Part shown: positions 1 to 16,030 of the stretch, piece by piece
Position numbering within the stretch: position 1 is the stretch's first letter
Layout: each line of letters begins with the position of its first letter
Assembly (NCBI RefSeq): GCF_009914755.1
Contig: NC_060926.1
Strand: one strand, 5' to 3'
Length of the DNA stretch: 64,000 nucleotides
Source of the DNA: the human T2T-CHM13v2.0 reference genome, Homo sapiens
The notes under the pieces: generated by a model
Told to the model about the DNA's origin: nothing
Seen by the model: only the letters and a program-made list of their open reading frames with translations
The model's database searches: none
Translations under genes and position numbers: made by a program

Positions 1-329
1 ACATTGAATTGAAATCCTAATTCCCAAGGTGGTGGCATTAGGAGGTGGGGCCTTTGGGAGGTGATCAGGCCATCAGATATCTACCCTTATAAGTGGGATT
101 AGTGCCCTTATAAAAGAGACCCCAGAGAGCTAGCTAGTCCCTGTCACTATGTGAGGACACAGCAAGAAGGTGTTGTCTGTGAATGAGGAGGTAGGTCTTC
201 AACAGACACCAAATCTGCTGGCACCTTGATCTTAGACTTCTTAGTCTCTAAAACTGTGAGAAGTAAACTTTTGTTGTTTCTAAGCCACCCAGTCTCTGAT
301 ATTCTGCTATAGCAGCCTAGAGGAAGACA
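1..329 (+). mobile_element. MaLR solo LTR (MLT1A/MLT1A0-like), cut by the window start
   Basis: Contains MLT1A-type blocks 'ggaggtggggcctttgggaggtgat', 'gtgcccttataaaagagacccca', 'ctgctggcaccttgatctt' and 'taagccacccagtct', and ends '...agaca'. Confidence 0.8.
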
Positions 330-330
330 G

Positions 331-2560
331 TTACTCAACATGAGGTCAATTTCTGTGAACATTCTATTTGTGCTTAAGAAGAGAGTATATTCCCAATATT
401 AGCAAGAGTGGAGGTTTCATATATATCTATAATGTCTACCTTATGAATTATGTTGATTAGATTTGAGTGTCTTTATTTTACGGTTTCCATTTGTCTGGAA
501 TACCTCTTTATTCTTAGTCTTTCTGAATCACTTTATTGTAGGTGTGTCTCAAATGTATCTCACAGAATTGAGTTTTGCTGTATGAGTCAATTTGAAAATA
601 TTTTTAATTGGGGATTTATGTAATTTATTAATAAGCTTATCAATAAATTATAATATAATAAATATAATTTAGTAATATGACTGATGTACATGGTCTCAAC
701 TTGTATTCTGTGTAAAATTATGTATATAATTTTTCTTTCTCAGTGTGGTTTATTTCATGTGATATTTATTTTTTGATATCTAGGAAGATTAATATCTTTG
801 TTGCAGTGCTTACCTTTTTGCCACTACCTATTATAATGCCCTTAGTCTCTTTTCTCACATTTACTCTGCTACTTAGTGTTTTATTTGCTTCAAATTATAT
901 TCTTCATTCCCACCTATTGTCTATGCAACAATAGGTCACTTCAGTTTTGTCACCACATATAACAGTTGAACTGTTCTTCCCCCCATGACTCTGTCCTTGT
1001 TTAAGTTACAGATTTACATTGAAATATATTCAATGCTCACACAGTCCATTTTCCAGAGTTCTTCAGGTCCAGGTCCTATCTTGGTTAAATGATGTTTTTT
1101 CTATAGTAGGACCATTAAAGTTGGATAGTGATTGCAGTGTTCTCTGGGGTTCTGCACATAGAAAATCGCTTGATACTTGAAGCTTAGCTCATCTACATAA
1201 AAGCTATTCCACAGTTCCTTTAGTTTCCTGAAGATGTGACTGTGTTATTCTTTTACTTTAGATGAGAAGTCCGATTTTCTTTCCTATGTAAGTGATTTGA
1301 TACTTTTGCCTGGAGATCTAGAAAAATTTTTTCTTTATCTTTAAATTACAATATTTTCCTAGTATATGTCTTGGACTTCACCATTCCAGGTTTATTTTCC
1401 CAGGGATACTGAGGAGCCTTTAAAGATGCAGATTCAAGTTTTCTTTTAATTTCAGACATTTCTCTTAGTCTGTGGTTTTAAATACTAGTGGTTTTCTATT
1501 GTAATGGCCTTCTTCTATCAATTATTTTCTCTCTGATCTCTTTTGCTTTGTTCCTTATTTTATTTTTATTCCCTTTTTTCATGGCTTTCCTCACTGTTTC
1601 ATATTTTCAGTCAAATCTCTTTTTCCATGGGTACTTTATAACTTGGCCTTTATTTTTAAGATGATTTTGTCTTTTCCTTCCATATCTTTCCTGAGTTCAC
1701 TCAATTCTTATTTCGCATTTTCCTGAAAAATAGGGTTTTTCACAAAATAATAGGGTTTTTTGGTCGTATTTCTTTTATAAAGCTTAAAACTTCTGATTTA
1801 AGGTTTTTGTTTTCTATCTTCACATGCTTGTTTTAGGATATTCAATTCAGTGTGGGTGTTCTGTTACAGTTTTCTTCCACCTCATATTTGATTTCGGTAG
1901 AAGCATTTTCATCTGCTGGAATGTTTTAATTCCTGTTTTTTTTTTTTAAGTTATTGGCCTTGTATGAGTGTCGTCTGCCATTTTCTATTCATTTTTAGAT
2001 GTTTAAATATACAGTTGTAGATAGGCGCAGTCATGGCGTTTGATGACTGACCATGTTTCTTAGTTCAAGAGCACCCTCTTCTGTCGGCATGGGAAAGTGT
2101 AGTTTCTTCACTGACAGCAGCTTTTGTGGGGGAGGGGTTGGTGTGCCTTCTGAGCTTTGAGATCCACTTTTGCTTGGTAGGACACTCTTTCTTCGTTCTT
2201 CCCCTCCACTCAGACGCCTCTGAAGCCCTGCTGCCAAGCGGCCCCCTCTCCTCCAGAAATAGTGCCCTTTCCACAGGCCAGCCCAGCCCCATGGGCAGTC
2301 AAACCCTCCCTTTCATTCGCATCCTGAAGCAGCGCCCTCAGGCTACCTGGCCTGTGAGTTGTTCAAGCTATTTCTCAGTCAGGTGCGAAGTTCTCTTTCT
2401 GGAGGTTATTTTGTCTGTGGTTTTGGACACTAATGCCCCCAGGCACCGTTCTCCTTTTCCAAACAATCTTCAGGCTGAGTCTTTGCTCCAGCACTTGCTC
2501 TGGAGACCACCTTGAGCCTGGGAGTTTACTCCCTTATCTGTAGGTAATTTGAAGTTTGGA
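331..2560 (-). mobile_element. Ancient L1M (L1ME-like) fragment: degraded ORF2 start, ORF1 and possible 5' region
   Basis: T-rich sequence resembling antisense L1 endonuclease ('gtcaatttctgtgaacattctatttgtgcttaagaagag') and ORF1 ('gatgagaagtcc..', 'ttttctttatctttaaatt..'). Right boundary is uncertain. Confidence 0.55.
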
Positions 2561-3892
2561 GTATTCTATCTCAGTTATATTGTGTGTGTATATTGTATGT
2601 TTTATTGTATGTGTGTATATGTATTTGTGTGTGTGCATATATGTATATATAGACAGAGAGAGGGAGAATCTGGAATCTGGAAGTTAAGTTATAGACTCAG
2701 GAAATTCTTAAAGCTGTTTTGAATATAAGATAAACTACAGTTTAGGATTACCAATAAAGCTTCACTAGACTCAGGTCTCCCAGCTTCCAGGCCAGTTTTC
2801 CTACTAACACCCCATACGCTCTTGGACAAGTCGTTTAACTTCTCTGGATGCCAGTTTTCTCTCTTGATGGAAAGCTATCTGTAAGTGTCTTTCCAGTAAT
2901 ATTCCATGTGTTTTAGACTGTTCCTCTAGCATTATGACTCTCTTCTCCATAGAATACACACAAAAGAAATTAACCTGCATCTTACAACTCAGGCCTCAGC
3001 ATCACAAAGAAATTAAGTCTGTGTTAACTGAGTCTTGGTGTCATGTAAATAAATATAAACTTGTTTCTCTCGCTGTTTCAAAGAGAACTGGGGTCTCTGT
3101 TCATTCGATTGGTAGCCCTCTAAGGGATGGGCGCTTAGTTGGGAGCTGCCACATGTCTGTGTTGGGTTTTATTTTTTCACAAGGCCAAAATGTTCCCTCT
3201 AGAACACACAGTCCTCACCAAGTTCAGAAAGAAGCCAACTGCCCTTACCTCCTCCCCTCTTCTCCATGCTCCTCTGGGCTCAGGGTCCTGCCTCTAGACC
3301 ACTCCCCACAACATAAAACATCTCCATTCCTAGAGAAGACCATAATTTTAAATAAATAAAAATAGGGAAGGAACAGGGAAATTGCAAGGGTAAATGTGAA
3401 AATATTCAAGGTCACCATAACCACTCTTGTTCAATAATGTGAATTTATGTAGCATTCTCAGTTTTCATGTGCCTAAAATAATGATACATACTCCCCATCC
3501 ATAGTGGCTGAAGAGGCAATATCACAGATGATTCATCCCAAAAGGGCCCTCCAAAGGTCATCCTGGCAATGCCCTTGCCTTGCTTTGAAATGACTCTTGC
3601 CTGTTATAAATAGATGCAAATATTGAGTGGGTAGGGAGATTCTCCTATTCTTAAAGCTGTCAAGGTCAGGAGATGAATCTGCCCCCTCAGTCACCTGCTC
3701 ACAGGTTCCCACGACTCTGACATTCAGGAAGCCAAGAAGAGATAAACTTCCTTTATCAGGATCCAATCTTCAACACTAGTCATTTGAAAACTATATCCAA
3801 CTGTCACTTGTAGATCCTCTATCTCTCTGCATCTGCATCCGGAATACTGGCAGCAATGACGACAACAATAGCAGATCAGCATAAAACCAAAA

Positions 3893-4248
3893 ACACATTC
3901 ATAAACACACACACATACACACTACACACACACATACATACATACACACACATATACACACAAACACACACATGCACACATGCATACATACATGTACACA
4001 CACATGCATACACACATACACATGCATACGCCATACAAATGCATACACATACACATGCATACACACACACATATACAAACATCCATGTATACACACACAT
4101 ACACACATGCATATACATATACACATACACACTACACACATACACACATACGTGCATACACACATACATGCATGCATACACATACACGCATACACACATC
4201 CATACATACACACAAACACACATGCATATACACACGCACACACACACA
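3893..4248. repeat. Compound (CA/TA)n microsatellite, ~355 bp
   Basis: Nearly uninterrupted purine-pyrimidine alternation (cacacatacacatgcatacac...). It explains the H/T-rich and C/V-rich ORFs. Confidence 0.97.
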
Positions 4249-4870
4249 ATTAGGCAGAGTCTCAGAGGAAAGAGGAAGATCTGTTGAACTGAAAAGTATC
4301 CTTAGAGAAAGAATTGGGAAACCAGAGGCAGAAAAGAATAGACTTTCATAGCCCCTGAGCACTCCAAAATATTGCAGAGTTTCCTCATCTACTTTCATTT
4401 TCTCCACCAGCCCAGCTTCACCCCTAGAGGTCAAGAAGGCTCTTTTTGATTCTGTCAAAGTCTCCCTGGCCAACCTCTTTGTATAAGAAAACAGAAAAAC
4501 ATTCAGACACGAACCTGACCCTTTATTCTCCTGCTTAGACTCCTTCACTGGCATCCCCTATCTAAGCCCAGCTAAGCTAAGTCACATAGATAAATAGCTA
4601 CTTTACCAAGTGGAATGTATCAAGTGTGATAAGAAATGCAGGGAGGAACTCAGTGAAAGAAGAAATTAATTCCAACTGGAGAGATCCAGTTCCACTGAGA
4701 AGGTGGTATTATACAGAGCCCCAGAGCAGGCATAGAGGTAGAAAGACTCCAAAGTGCAATGTTCTAAGAAACAGTGAGTGTGCTGGGCTGTAATGAAGAA
4801 TGCATATCGTGAGGTGGCAGGATATATTGTCATCAGAGAGTAGGCTGGGGCCATGTCAGGGAACACCTGA

Positions 4871-5225
<355 letters not shown>

Positions 5226-5739
5226 TTGGCTTCACTTTTCTAATGTCTCCACATTTGGGATCCAGAATGGTTATCATATACCACAAGCCTGGTCATGTTT
5301 GATGCATCAAGATTTATAGCTTTTAAAGTGCTTTGAATTATAGACTAATAGATTAATAGATATTAATTAATAGATAAAAATAACAAAAATAGTCCACCTT
5401 TGGAAGTAATATGCTTAATGTGCTCTATGTAACCTTGGAGTGAACTGTTTCTGATAACTTCTTGTGGCCCAAAATGTTATCCTGCCCTAAAGAAATACTA
5501 ACTGGCTCAGTTGAAGATGGGCATGGTAGTTTCCATGTGAGGATTAGAACAGCAGGAAGGTCCTTGCAGAAAGAGAGATAATATAGCCATTGCAAAACAT
5601 TGTATCCAGTCTGCAAATGATCATCTTAGAGAAGTCCTTAAGCCCATTTATGACCTTAGAGCTAATTTTAACTCAAGTAGGAGAGCTAGTACAACATAAT
5701 CATCAAATCAAGTACCAGGCAAAGAAATGGCAGAAATAA

Positions 5740-5935
5740 GACTCAAATCCAGGTTTAACTTGGGTGCAACCTGGGCAGTTAGAGCACTTCTCCAAGTGTC
5801 CTTGTCTGTAAATTAGAGATACAAAGAGTAGCTACACCTTAGAGTGACTTTGAGGATGAAATGTGGTAATAGACATTGAGCTTTTAGCACCATCCCTAGC
5901 ACATAAAAGATGCTCAATAAATATTCAGTGATTAC
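5740..5935 (+). mobile_element. MIR
   Basis: MIR core and tail ('tctgtaaattagagat', 'gaggatgaaatg', 'tagcacata..gctcaataaatatt'). Confidence 0.6.
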
Positions 5936-7428
5936 TGTTGAGTGAATAAATTAATAAATATAATTCAATACATGTTAATAATTCAACAATGAATTACTAA
6001 CCATTAATAATGAATAATTCAGTAAATGTTATTAAAGGAAAAGGGGAAAATATAGATATTACTGTTCCCCATGGCTCATTATCACCCTCATGGATAAAGA
6101 TAGCTGTTTAGAAGAGGAAAAAAAAGTGAAAACTGCAAAAGCAATTAAACATCCCCAGCAAACACAGGTTTGGTAGAACTAGAGAGAATGACAGGAGTCT
6201 CTGAAATGGCTCGGGACTAGGAGGAAAGACTTCTGGATCATGGTCCCGACCCTGACACTAATTGATGTGTAGTTTTAGGCAAGTCACATCACTTCTCCAG
6301 TCCTCAGGGTTTCTAACTTCAGAATGACCACATTGGGCTGACTGATCTCCAAGTTCCTTTGGCTCTCTGACTTAATCTGAGGTTATGAGATACCCGCCTG
6401 CAAAGTCTAAAGACCCTTGAAACCCAATGGCTCTTGAGGAGAAGTTTCTTAACAGTATTGCAGTTTAGTCAGGAGACTGAACTAGAGAACCCAGGTGGAC
6501 ATTCTTTCCAGCCAAAGACTCAATACTTCTGGAAAGATTAAGGTCACATTTGTTTCAAGAGTGTCCAGTACAACAAAGACCTTCCACAGGGAGTAGTAAC
6601 TATTCCTGATAGGGAACCTCCAAACTGCAATAGGCTTTACCCTTTTTTATCTTTCCTCTTTCTTCGTGCCTCAAGTCAGATCATAGCAAGAAGAAACCTT
6701 GGAAAATCCCCTCTTCTCCTCCACACCTCCCAGAGATGCCCAAAAAGCAGTTTAATGCTTTTTCGTAGACTTAGAAAACAGTTCTGTTCTTCCCTGGGCT
6801 CAGAGAAGCCTCCCATTTTGGAGCTCTTATCTTCAAAACCTTGCCAGGGACAGGCACTGGTGATTCACAATGGTACTTAATGTGATTTAGACTTATAAAT
6901 CAAGAGACCGCCTAAGAGTAAATTCCAGGGAGCCTTAGGCCAGACTCAGGGTCCCTGTGTGTAAACAATCAAGTCTAACCCCCTTGGCTGGCAGGCTCTC
7001 CTGTCTCAGGGGACAGGAGGTAGGACCGCCTCTTGTACAAGTCTTAACATCGTCCATGACCTCAGTCTGCTTCTAGTGGGACTTTGGGAGACCATCCTCT
7101 CAAACTTGAGCCATTTCAACCCAATTTCTCCTCCGTGATCCAAGGAGAAATAAGGCCTGCCATCTCTGCTGGGGGATCTTTCTGGCACCAGCTAGATGGA
7201 TCCCTGGCACTTTGACTCACAATTCCTCCCCTTACACAAGACAGCAGTTCCTGAGGCCTGCATATTCCAGGCATGAAATTGACAAGAGCAATTCAGCTTT
7301 CATATGGGAGCATATGAGGTCAGCTCAGCTTTTGGCCTCTGCAAGGAGGGGTGTAGAAAGTCTCCCCACAGGAATATCTGGTGGCATCCTGACACCAAGC
7401 CTCCTTTTATGTTTTCAAAATTTTTTAA

Positions 7429-8597
<1,169 letters not shown>

Positions 8598-9414
8598 TGC
8601 TTTTTTAAAACTACTCAGCAAACGCTGGCTGTTCTGAGGGTTCAGGTGGCTTCTCAAATCTCTGTGTTCAAGGGCTCATGACTCATTTATACTTCCTGGA
8701 AAGTGTCAGGAACTATTTCCAAATGGGCAACTGGTGAGAGTGAGATGTCAAGGGCAGTGTGGCCTCAGTCTCCTAGCCTGCCCCTCATGGGGCGCCAGAT
8801 TAGGGTGTCATTGCAGAAACGTATGTTCTTGGAGTTTGGTTTCTTTTTAGCATCCAGCCTCTCTGCAGTGATTGCTGCAACCTCTGAAGGAGCAGTTCTT
8901 TCTAGCAAGGACTTTTTAGGAGTTCCGTCTCCCCCATCGAGGTGTTAACCTTAAAATCTCATTTCTTCCCAGCTCCACGCTAACTCAGCGATCAATCTCC
9001 TCTTAAATTGAAAAGTGTTGTCTCTGAACTGAAAAGGAATCGAGGTTTATGGAGCCTGGTCTGCTGAGAAGAAATGAGGATGGGATAGCTGCCTTCAATG
9101 GCTGAATTCAAAGCTGTCAGGAGATCCAAAGAGCACACAGTCTGCATGGCACTCAGGTGTTAGACAAAGGAGGAAAAGTTAAAGATGGGGGATTTGGGAT
9201 CAATATAATGAATACAGTTATCAAGCACAACAAAAGGCCAGACATTTTATACACATGGCTATTTTGTTCTCCTGAAACATCTATGAAATGGGGATTAGAC
9301 TATATCAGGAAACAGGCTGGAAAGGAGGAGGTGCATTGTCAGGCCCCTGCAGCAGTCAGAGCACATATGGTGGATAAGCTAAAGGAAAATTCTGGATTGG
9401 ATGGGAGAGTGGGT

Positions 9415-9627
9415 CAGTGATTCTCAACCAGGGGTGGTTTTGTGTCCCAGGGACATATGGCAACATCTGGAGACATGTTTGATTGTTATGAATTGGGGAG
9501 TGATACTGTATCTAGTGGGTACAGCCAGGGGTGCAGCTAAACACCCTCACAATGCACAAGACAGCCCCTCACAATAAAAAGTCCAACAGGCCCAAAATGT
9601 CAACAGTACTGAGGTTGAGAAACCATG
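9415..9627 (+). mobile_element. MER20 (hAT-Charlie MITE), full length
   Basis: Termini cagtgattctcaacc ... ggttgagaaaccatg and typical MER20 internal sequence. Confidence 0.9.
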
Positions 9628-10463
9628 CATTAAATGATCTTAAGATATCTTCAAACTCCAGAACTAAATTAGGGGCCTTAATTTTTCCTCTGCATAGATG
9701 GGATTCCATTTAGCCATCCAGTGTTTCTCAAAGTAGAGCAGGGAGAGGACAAGGATGTCAAAACTATCTCACTGGGACCCTTTTAAAACACTTAGTCTCT
9801 AGCCAAAGAAGACCCAAAAAGCTATAAAAGAAGCCCAAAAAGCAAACAAGTCCCCAAAAGCCTTTGGCCTCAAAGAAATGACATAAATTTTTCCTCTATT
9901 TCCTAAAGACTTCGCCATTAAATGTTCTGAATATAAATCTGCACCCCTGGGGAAACCAAGTTAGCTAAAGATTCACAAGGACTTGGTGGGAATATAGGAG
10001 ATTCCAGAGAACTCAAAAGGAGAGGATGAAATGGATGAAATCTGCCAATTCAGTGAAAATCATTTTGATGAATGCCCAATTGGTACAAAAGCTAATTCCC
10101 TGAAAAGTCAATTTACTGAAAGCTAATGCCCAGGGAGTCAGTTCTTAGAAAGATCAATTTGCCAAATGACCAGTACACTCACATTACCAAATTCATATGT
10201 CATAATGTTTAATGAAAATATTTATCCACTTGATGCTCTGCATTGAATGAAAATCTTTTTGGAGCATTCTAATTTTTTACTGGAAATTTTCTTCTACCTA
10301 ATTCTGATTTCTATCTTGAGTCTAGAATTAAATTTTAACTTATATTTAAAATTAATGTTATTTACAATTCTGCTTTATTTGAGTGCTTTTAAAGTTAATT
10401 TATTTTAGTTTCAAAGTTTATTGAAAATTTACTTTGCAGAAATTTGCTTTCTTCAGTTTATAG

Positions 10464-10892
<429 letters not shown>

Positions 10893-12717
10893 CCATATCA
10901 CATTTTTAAATGTGGCTATCAATGACTAGAAATAATAAACCAAGGTAGATTGACTATATGAGAAATTGACAGCAGAATGCTAGAAATGCAAAGAAAAAAA
11001 TGGCAGAAAAACACAAAATTGAGTTTTTTAAAAGGATCTCTAGTTGCTTAGCTGATTTACCAAAAAGGAATAATTTCACCTTTGTTGCAAACTATGACTT
11101 ATTTCTGATAATATCAATAAAGTCTGCAGATTCCAATCACTACATATAAATGCTATGTATCAACACATTTCTGCAGGTGTATTTTGCAGGTAACCGAGTT
11201 TTTTTTTAAGCTACTTCTGCTTTTTATTGTATTTAAATGTTATTGCCCATTTTTTAAACCATTAAGCCCTTTTTAGTAGTGTACATCAACTCCTTATACA
11301 GGTTATCTTCCTTAATTATGTATTTCTGACAATTCAACATTTAAATATAATTTTATATTTAAATCCAAAATCATTGGAAGCATATTAGAATTTTAAATTA
11401 AATCTAAATTTAAAGTAATTATTTAAATATACAGAAAATCAAAAGTTTACATTTAAATTTGAAAACTAAATAAATCAGTTTTAAATTAAATTATATTAAA
11501 ATCAGTATTTCAAAACCTACAAAGAAAATCAGAAATAGCCATCAGCCAAAACAGTTCCTCATACATATTGTCATAATATGAAAAATTACCATGTGAAATG
11601 TTGAAATGTTGTTAATAATGATAAAATATGTTTCTTTGTGTCACATTATTAGAAACAAAAATAAGACATTCCTGTTAAATTCGTCAAAAGATTCCTGGCA
11701 AAATGACTAAGCACTCTAGTCAAATCTTATAAAGGATTCAATTTGGTCAACTTGCACATTAGTAAATAGGTAAATTGATCATTTGGCAAATTTGCTTTCT
11801 AATACTTGCTTTTCAGGGAATTGACTCAGTCCCAAGGGTATTGAAATCTGGAAAAAGGGAGTAAATTCTAGAAGGAGGGTTTGAGGGGAGCTGGGTAAGC
11901 TGTTGTTTTTCCTGTAACATCCTTCTTAGAGGCTGCAGTCTGCCCTAGGGGCAAAGGCAAGAAGACTGAGTCAACGAGGTAACCAGCGGCTCTTCAGTTT
12001 GTCACCATATGTGGACCATATTCTCAGTGGCTGTGTGGAGATACAGAGGCACAAGTTCCTGACTCCAAGCCCCTTCCTTGTGAAGAAAATCAAACGCTTC
12101 AATTAACCAAAACTACTAAGCTTTATCAATGGAATCTATCCTTTTGGTGTGTATGCGTGCATACATCCATGTGTGCGTGTGTGGGCACAAATGATCAATG
12201 CAGATTACAAATGCTGGAAAGCTCAACAGACCTCCATACAGATGAGTAACTACAAGGTCATGCCATTGGATCTCCTGGTGAGAGTCAGTTAAGATCTCAT
12301 TTCACTTCTAGGTTGAATGAACTGGCTTTCTGCTCATATGGGGACTAAGTAAAATATCCACTAACTGGTAGATTTTTTATGGTGTTTAATCTGGCATATC
12401 CAGATTAGTTGATGAATTGGTTCAGCTGGGAACTCAGGAAGCCCTGAGTGGCAACAGTGATTGGAGGCTCAGGTACAGAGGCTGACTTGCCTCTGCAGGC
12501 CAACATGAGGTTTTGGTTCACCACTCCACAAGGAAAGGGGACAGAAGGAGGCAGCCATATGCTCAGCCCCTCAGAAATGTGGAGCCCCTCAGAGGTGTGC
12601 TGTGCCTCACCCTTTGCAAACGTTATCTCCTGTACTCTTGAACAACTCTATGAGTAGACAACTTACAAATGTATAGCCCCCAGTCTAGACTCTTCTATGT
12701 CTGTTGCTTTCCAACAT

Positions 12718-13128
12718 TGTTTTAGTCTGTTTTCTGTGGCTTGTAACAGAATACCTAAAACTGGGTTACACATAAAGAAAAGGAATGTATTTCTTACAGT
12801 TATGAAGGCTGAAAAGTACAAAGTCAAGGGTTCATATCTGGTGAGAGCCTTCTTGATGGTGGGGACTCTATACAGAGTCCCAGGGTGGCACAGGGCATCA
12901 TGTGGTGAGGGGGGGCTGAGCTCAGATCTCTGTCCTGCTTATAAAGCCACCAGTCCCATTCTCATGATAAACCTCTAATCCATTAACCCACGAATGGGTT
13001 AATCTATTCTTAGGAGCAGAGCTCTCATGACCCAATCACTTCTTAAAAGCTCCACCTCTCAATATTGCCACACTGGGGATTATGTTTCAACATCAGTTTT
13101 GGAGGAAACGAATATTCAAACCATAGCA
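12718..13128 (-). mobile_element. MaLR solo LTR (MSTC-like)
   Basis: Runs tgttttagtctg...aaaccatagca with MST internal motifs. 5-bp TSD aacat/aacgt. Confidence 0.88.
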
Positions 13129-13419
13129 AACGTCCAGTTGGCAAATGAGAGTTGATTCCTGTGCAATGTCTTTTCCCAAAGGTAGCTTTCTCTGGCCTTC
13201 CAGTTACAGGATCCTGCAGCATCACAGATGCTCTGCTTCATGTAATGTTTGATTTAGCACATAGCAGATTATACAAATCATAAAACCATGGACAACTTTT
13301 ACTTGCCATTGTATCTTAAGTACCTACCATAAAATATGTAAAAAGAGAGCTCAAATAACATTTGTTGACGCAAAATTAATGAATAATTTAACTTTCTACA
13401 GTATTGTTGTCTTTCTTTT

Positions 13420-13990
13420 GAAGCTAATAAAACTGAAGCAAAGAGAGATTAAATGACGACTCCAAGGACACACAGCTAGTAAGTGCTAGATCCAGGATTT
13501 AAACCCCAACCACTGACGATGGCTCCACTGTGCCATCTTAACATTAATTGACACCCCTCTTAGGCACTGTACTGGTTGCCTCTTAACATTTAACCCATTT
13601 TATTCTCTCAAGGGTCTTATGAAAGTGTTCATGTCATACAATTTAGAGATGAGAAATCAGGCCCAGAGAAAACCAAAAACAGAGCTAGAAACTGCTGGAA
13701 ATGCAGTTTGAACCCAAATTGTCTGACTCCAATTTTCTTTTCAATATATAGAGGCAGTATTATATAATGTATATTAATTAATATATAATGTTAGTAATAA
13801 TATCATTACTATATAACATATGTCTATACAGTCCACAAATTATTTTAAAACTTATCACCACACCTCACACCCACCAAAAACTCTGTTAGACAGGAAGAGT
13901 TACTTTTTTTCATCAGTAGGAAAGCTAAAGTTCTGAGAAATTAAATGCCCTGTTCAAATTCACAGGGCTGGTCAGTGGCAAATCTTAGAG
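13420..13990 (-). mobile_element. Cluster of about three MIR fragments
   Basis: Repeated MIR cores 'aaactgaagcaaagagagattaaatga', 'gatgagaaatcaggcccagaga' and 'gaaagctaaagttctgagaaattaaatg'. Confidence 0.55.
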
Positions 13991-14039
13991 ATTTTTTATC
14001 CCATGCTGTCCTACATGTTAACCACCTGCCACACACTAA

Positions 14040-14198
14040 AATTTTAATGAATTAAAATTAAATAAAATGTAAGAGTCAGTTCCTGTTGATTCAACAGTTG
14101 CATTTCAAATGCTCAATAGCCACTGTGGCTAGTGGGTACCATATTGGAGAGTATAGGACATTTCTGTCACTGCAGAAAGTTCTATAGAACAGCACTGA
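14040..14198 (+). mobile_element. MER3/MER33-like hAT-Charlie fragment
   Basis: 'catttcaaatgctcaatagccactgtggctagtgg..accatattgg' and 'gcagaaagttctatagaacagcactg'. Confidence 0.75.
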
Positions 14199-14214
14199 AT
14201 TCTTGCTACTACAG

Positions 14215-14344
14215 GGCAACAGCAGAAGCATCACCTGGGAGCTTATTAGAAATGCAGAATCTTTGGCCCCACCCCAGACCCATGGAATCACAACCTGCAC
14301 TTTAGCCAGATCCATGGAAGATTTGTGTGCATATTAAAGCACTG
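14215..14344 (+). mobile_element. MER5A-like hAT-Charlie fragment
   Basis: 'gcatcacctgggagcttattagaaatgcagaatct..ccccaccccagacc'. Confidence 0.75.
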
Positions 14345-15369
14345 ACTTAACCACTCCACCTTAATTTTGCAGATGAGAAACTAAAATCCAAAGAGATGAA
14401 CCAACTCAGCTAAAGTCACATCCAGGGTTAGGGGTGAAGCTGGGGCCAGAAGTCGGGACTCCGGCCTCTGCTACTCCGCCTGTGAGGAGGCACCAAGCCA
14501 GAGGGGCCTTGGTGGCGCCTGGCAATGGAACAGGGAGAGTGCTGATGGCTCCCTCCCTGCAGAAGCAGATAAGAGAGCAGTGGTGCTTGCCCAAAGAGGA
14601 GGATGATGCCGGTGTCCGGCAAGTCTAAGAGGCCTGGGAAGGGAGGGAAGCTGGCTTTGGTCCCTCCCACCTCCCATCCAAGCTGAGAAGCAACAATAGA
14701 GAGCTGCCAGGCTAAGGGGGACAGGGTCCACTGACAGGCCAGGACTGTAGCCAAGAGAGTGTTGATTACGAAGTTCTCTCTGCCACAATGAGGGTGAGGG
14801 AGACTTCAGTCTGAATCCCTTTGGTGGGCTGCGTCCAGCTGCTCTTCTGTCCTGGGCTGCTACCCAATCTTCCCACTGCATCACCATGAAGAGGATGCCT
14901 TCAGCCAAATGAGAACCCAAACTGTCTCCATTTCAATGCTTTCAATTTAGTTAATTTAAAAAGAAGAAAGAAACAATACGCCCTTAGCATATATCAGGAT
15001 CTGAAATTCTCAATCCACTTGCTACTGACACAGAATTTTAACTCATATAATGGTTTTAAAACATTCCCACAAATTCTTTGACAGTCCTCTATTGAGAGGT
15101 AGGGTCCACCTCCCCACCCCTTAAATAGGAGCAGGCTTATAATATTTTGTTCAATAGTGCATAGCAGAATGAGGCTAGGCGATGACTAAAGCTAGGTTCT
15201 AAAGAGCTTTGCAATTCCACCTTGTTCACTGGGACACTCACTCCTGGAGCAGCAGGTATCCATGTAAGAATTCCCAGTATGCCATGACCATGATGCCAAA
15301 GAGGCTGCAAGTACATGCTCCAGATGACACCATCCTAACCATGGCACCAGATATATGAGTAAAGAAATC

Positions 15370-16030
<661 letters not shown>

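Noticed and set aside
3856-4554. Several 90-140 aa ORFs rich in H/T/Y or C/V/M
   Set aside because: Translations of the CA/TA microsatellite, not genes.
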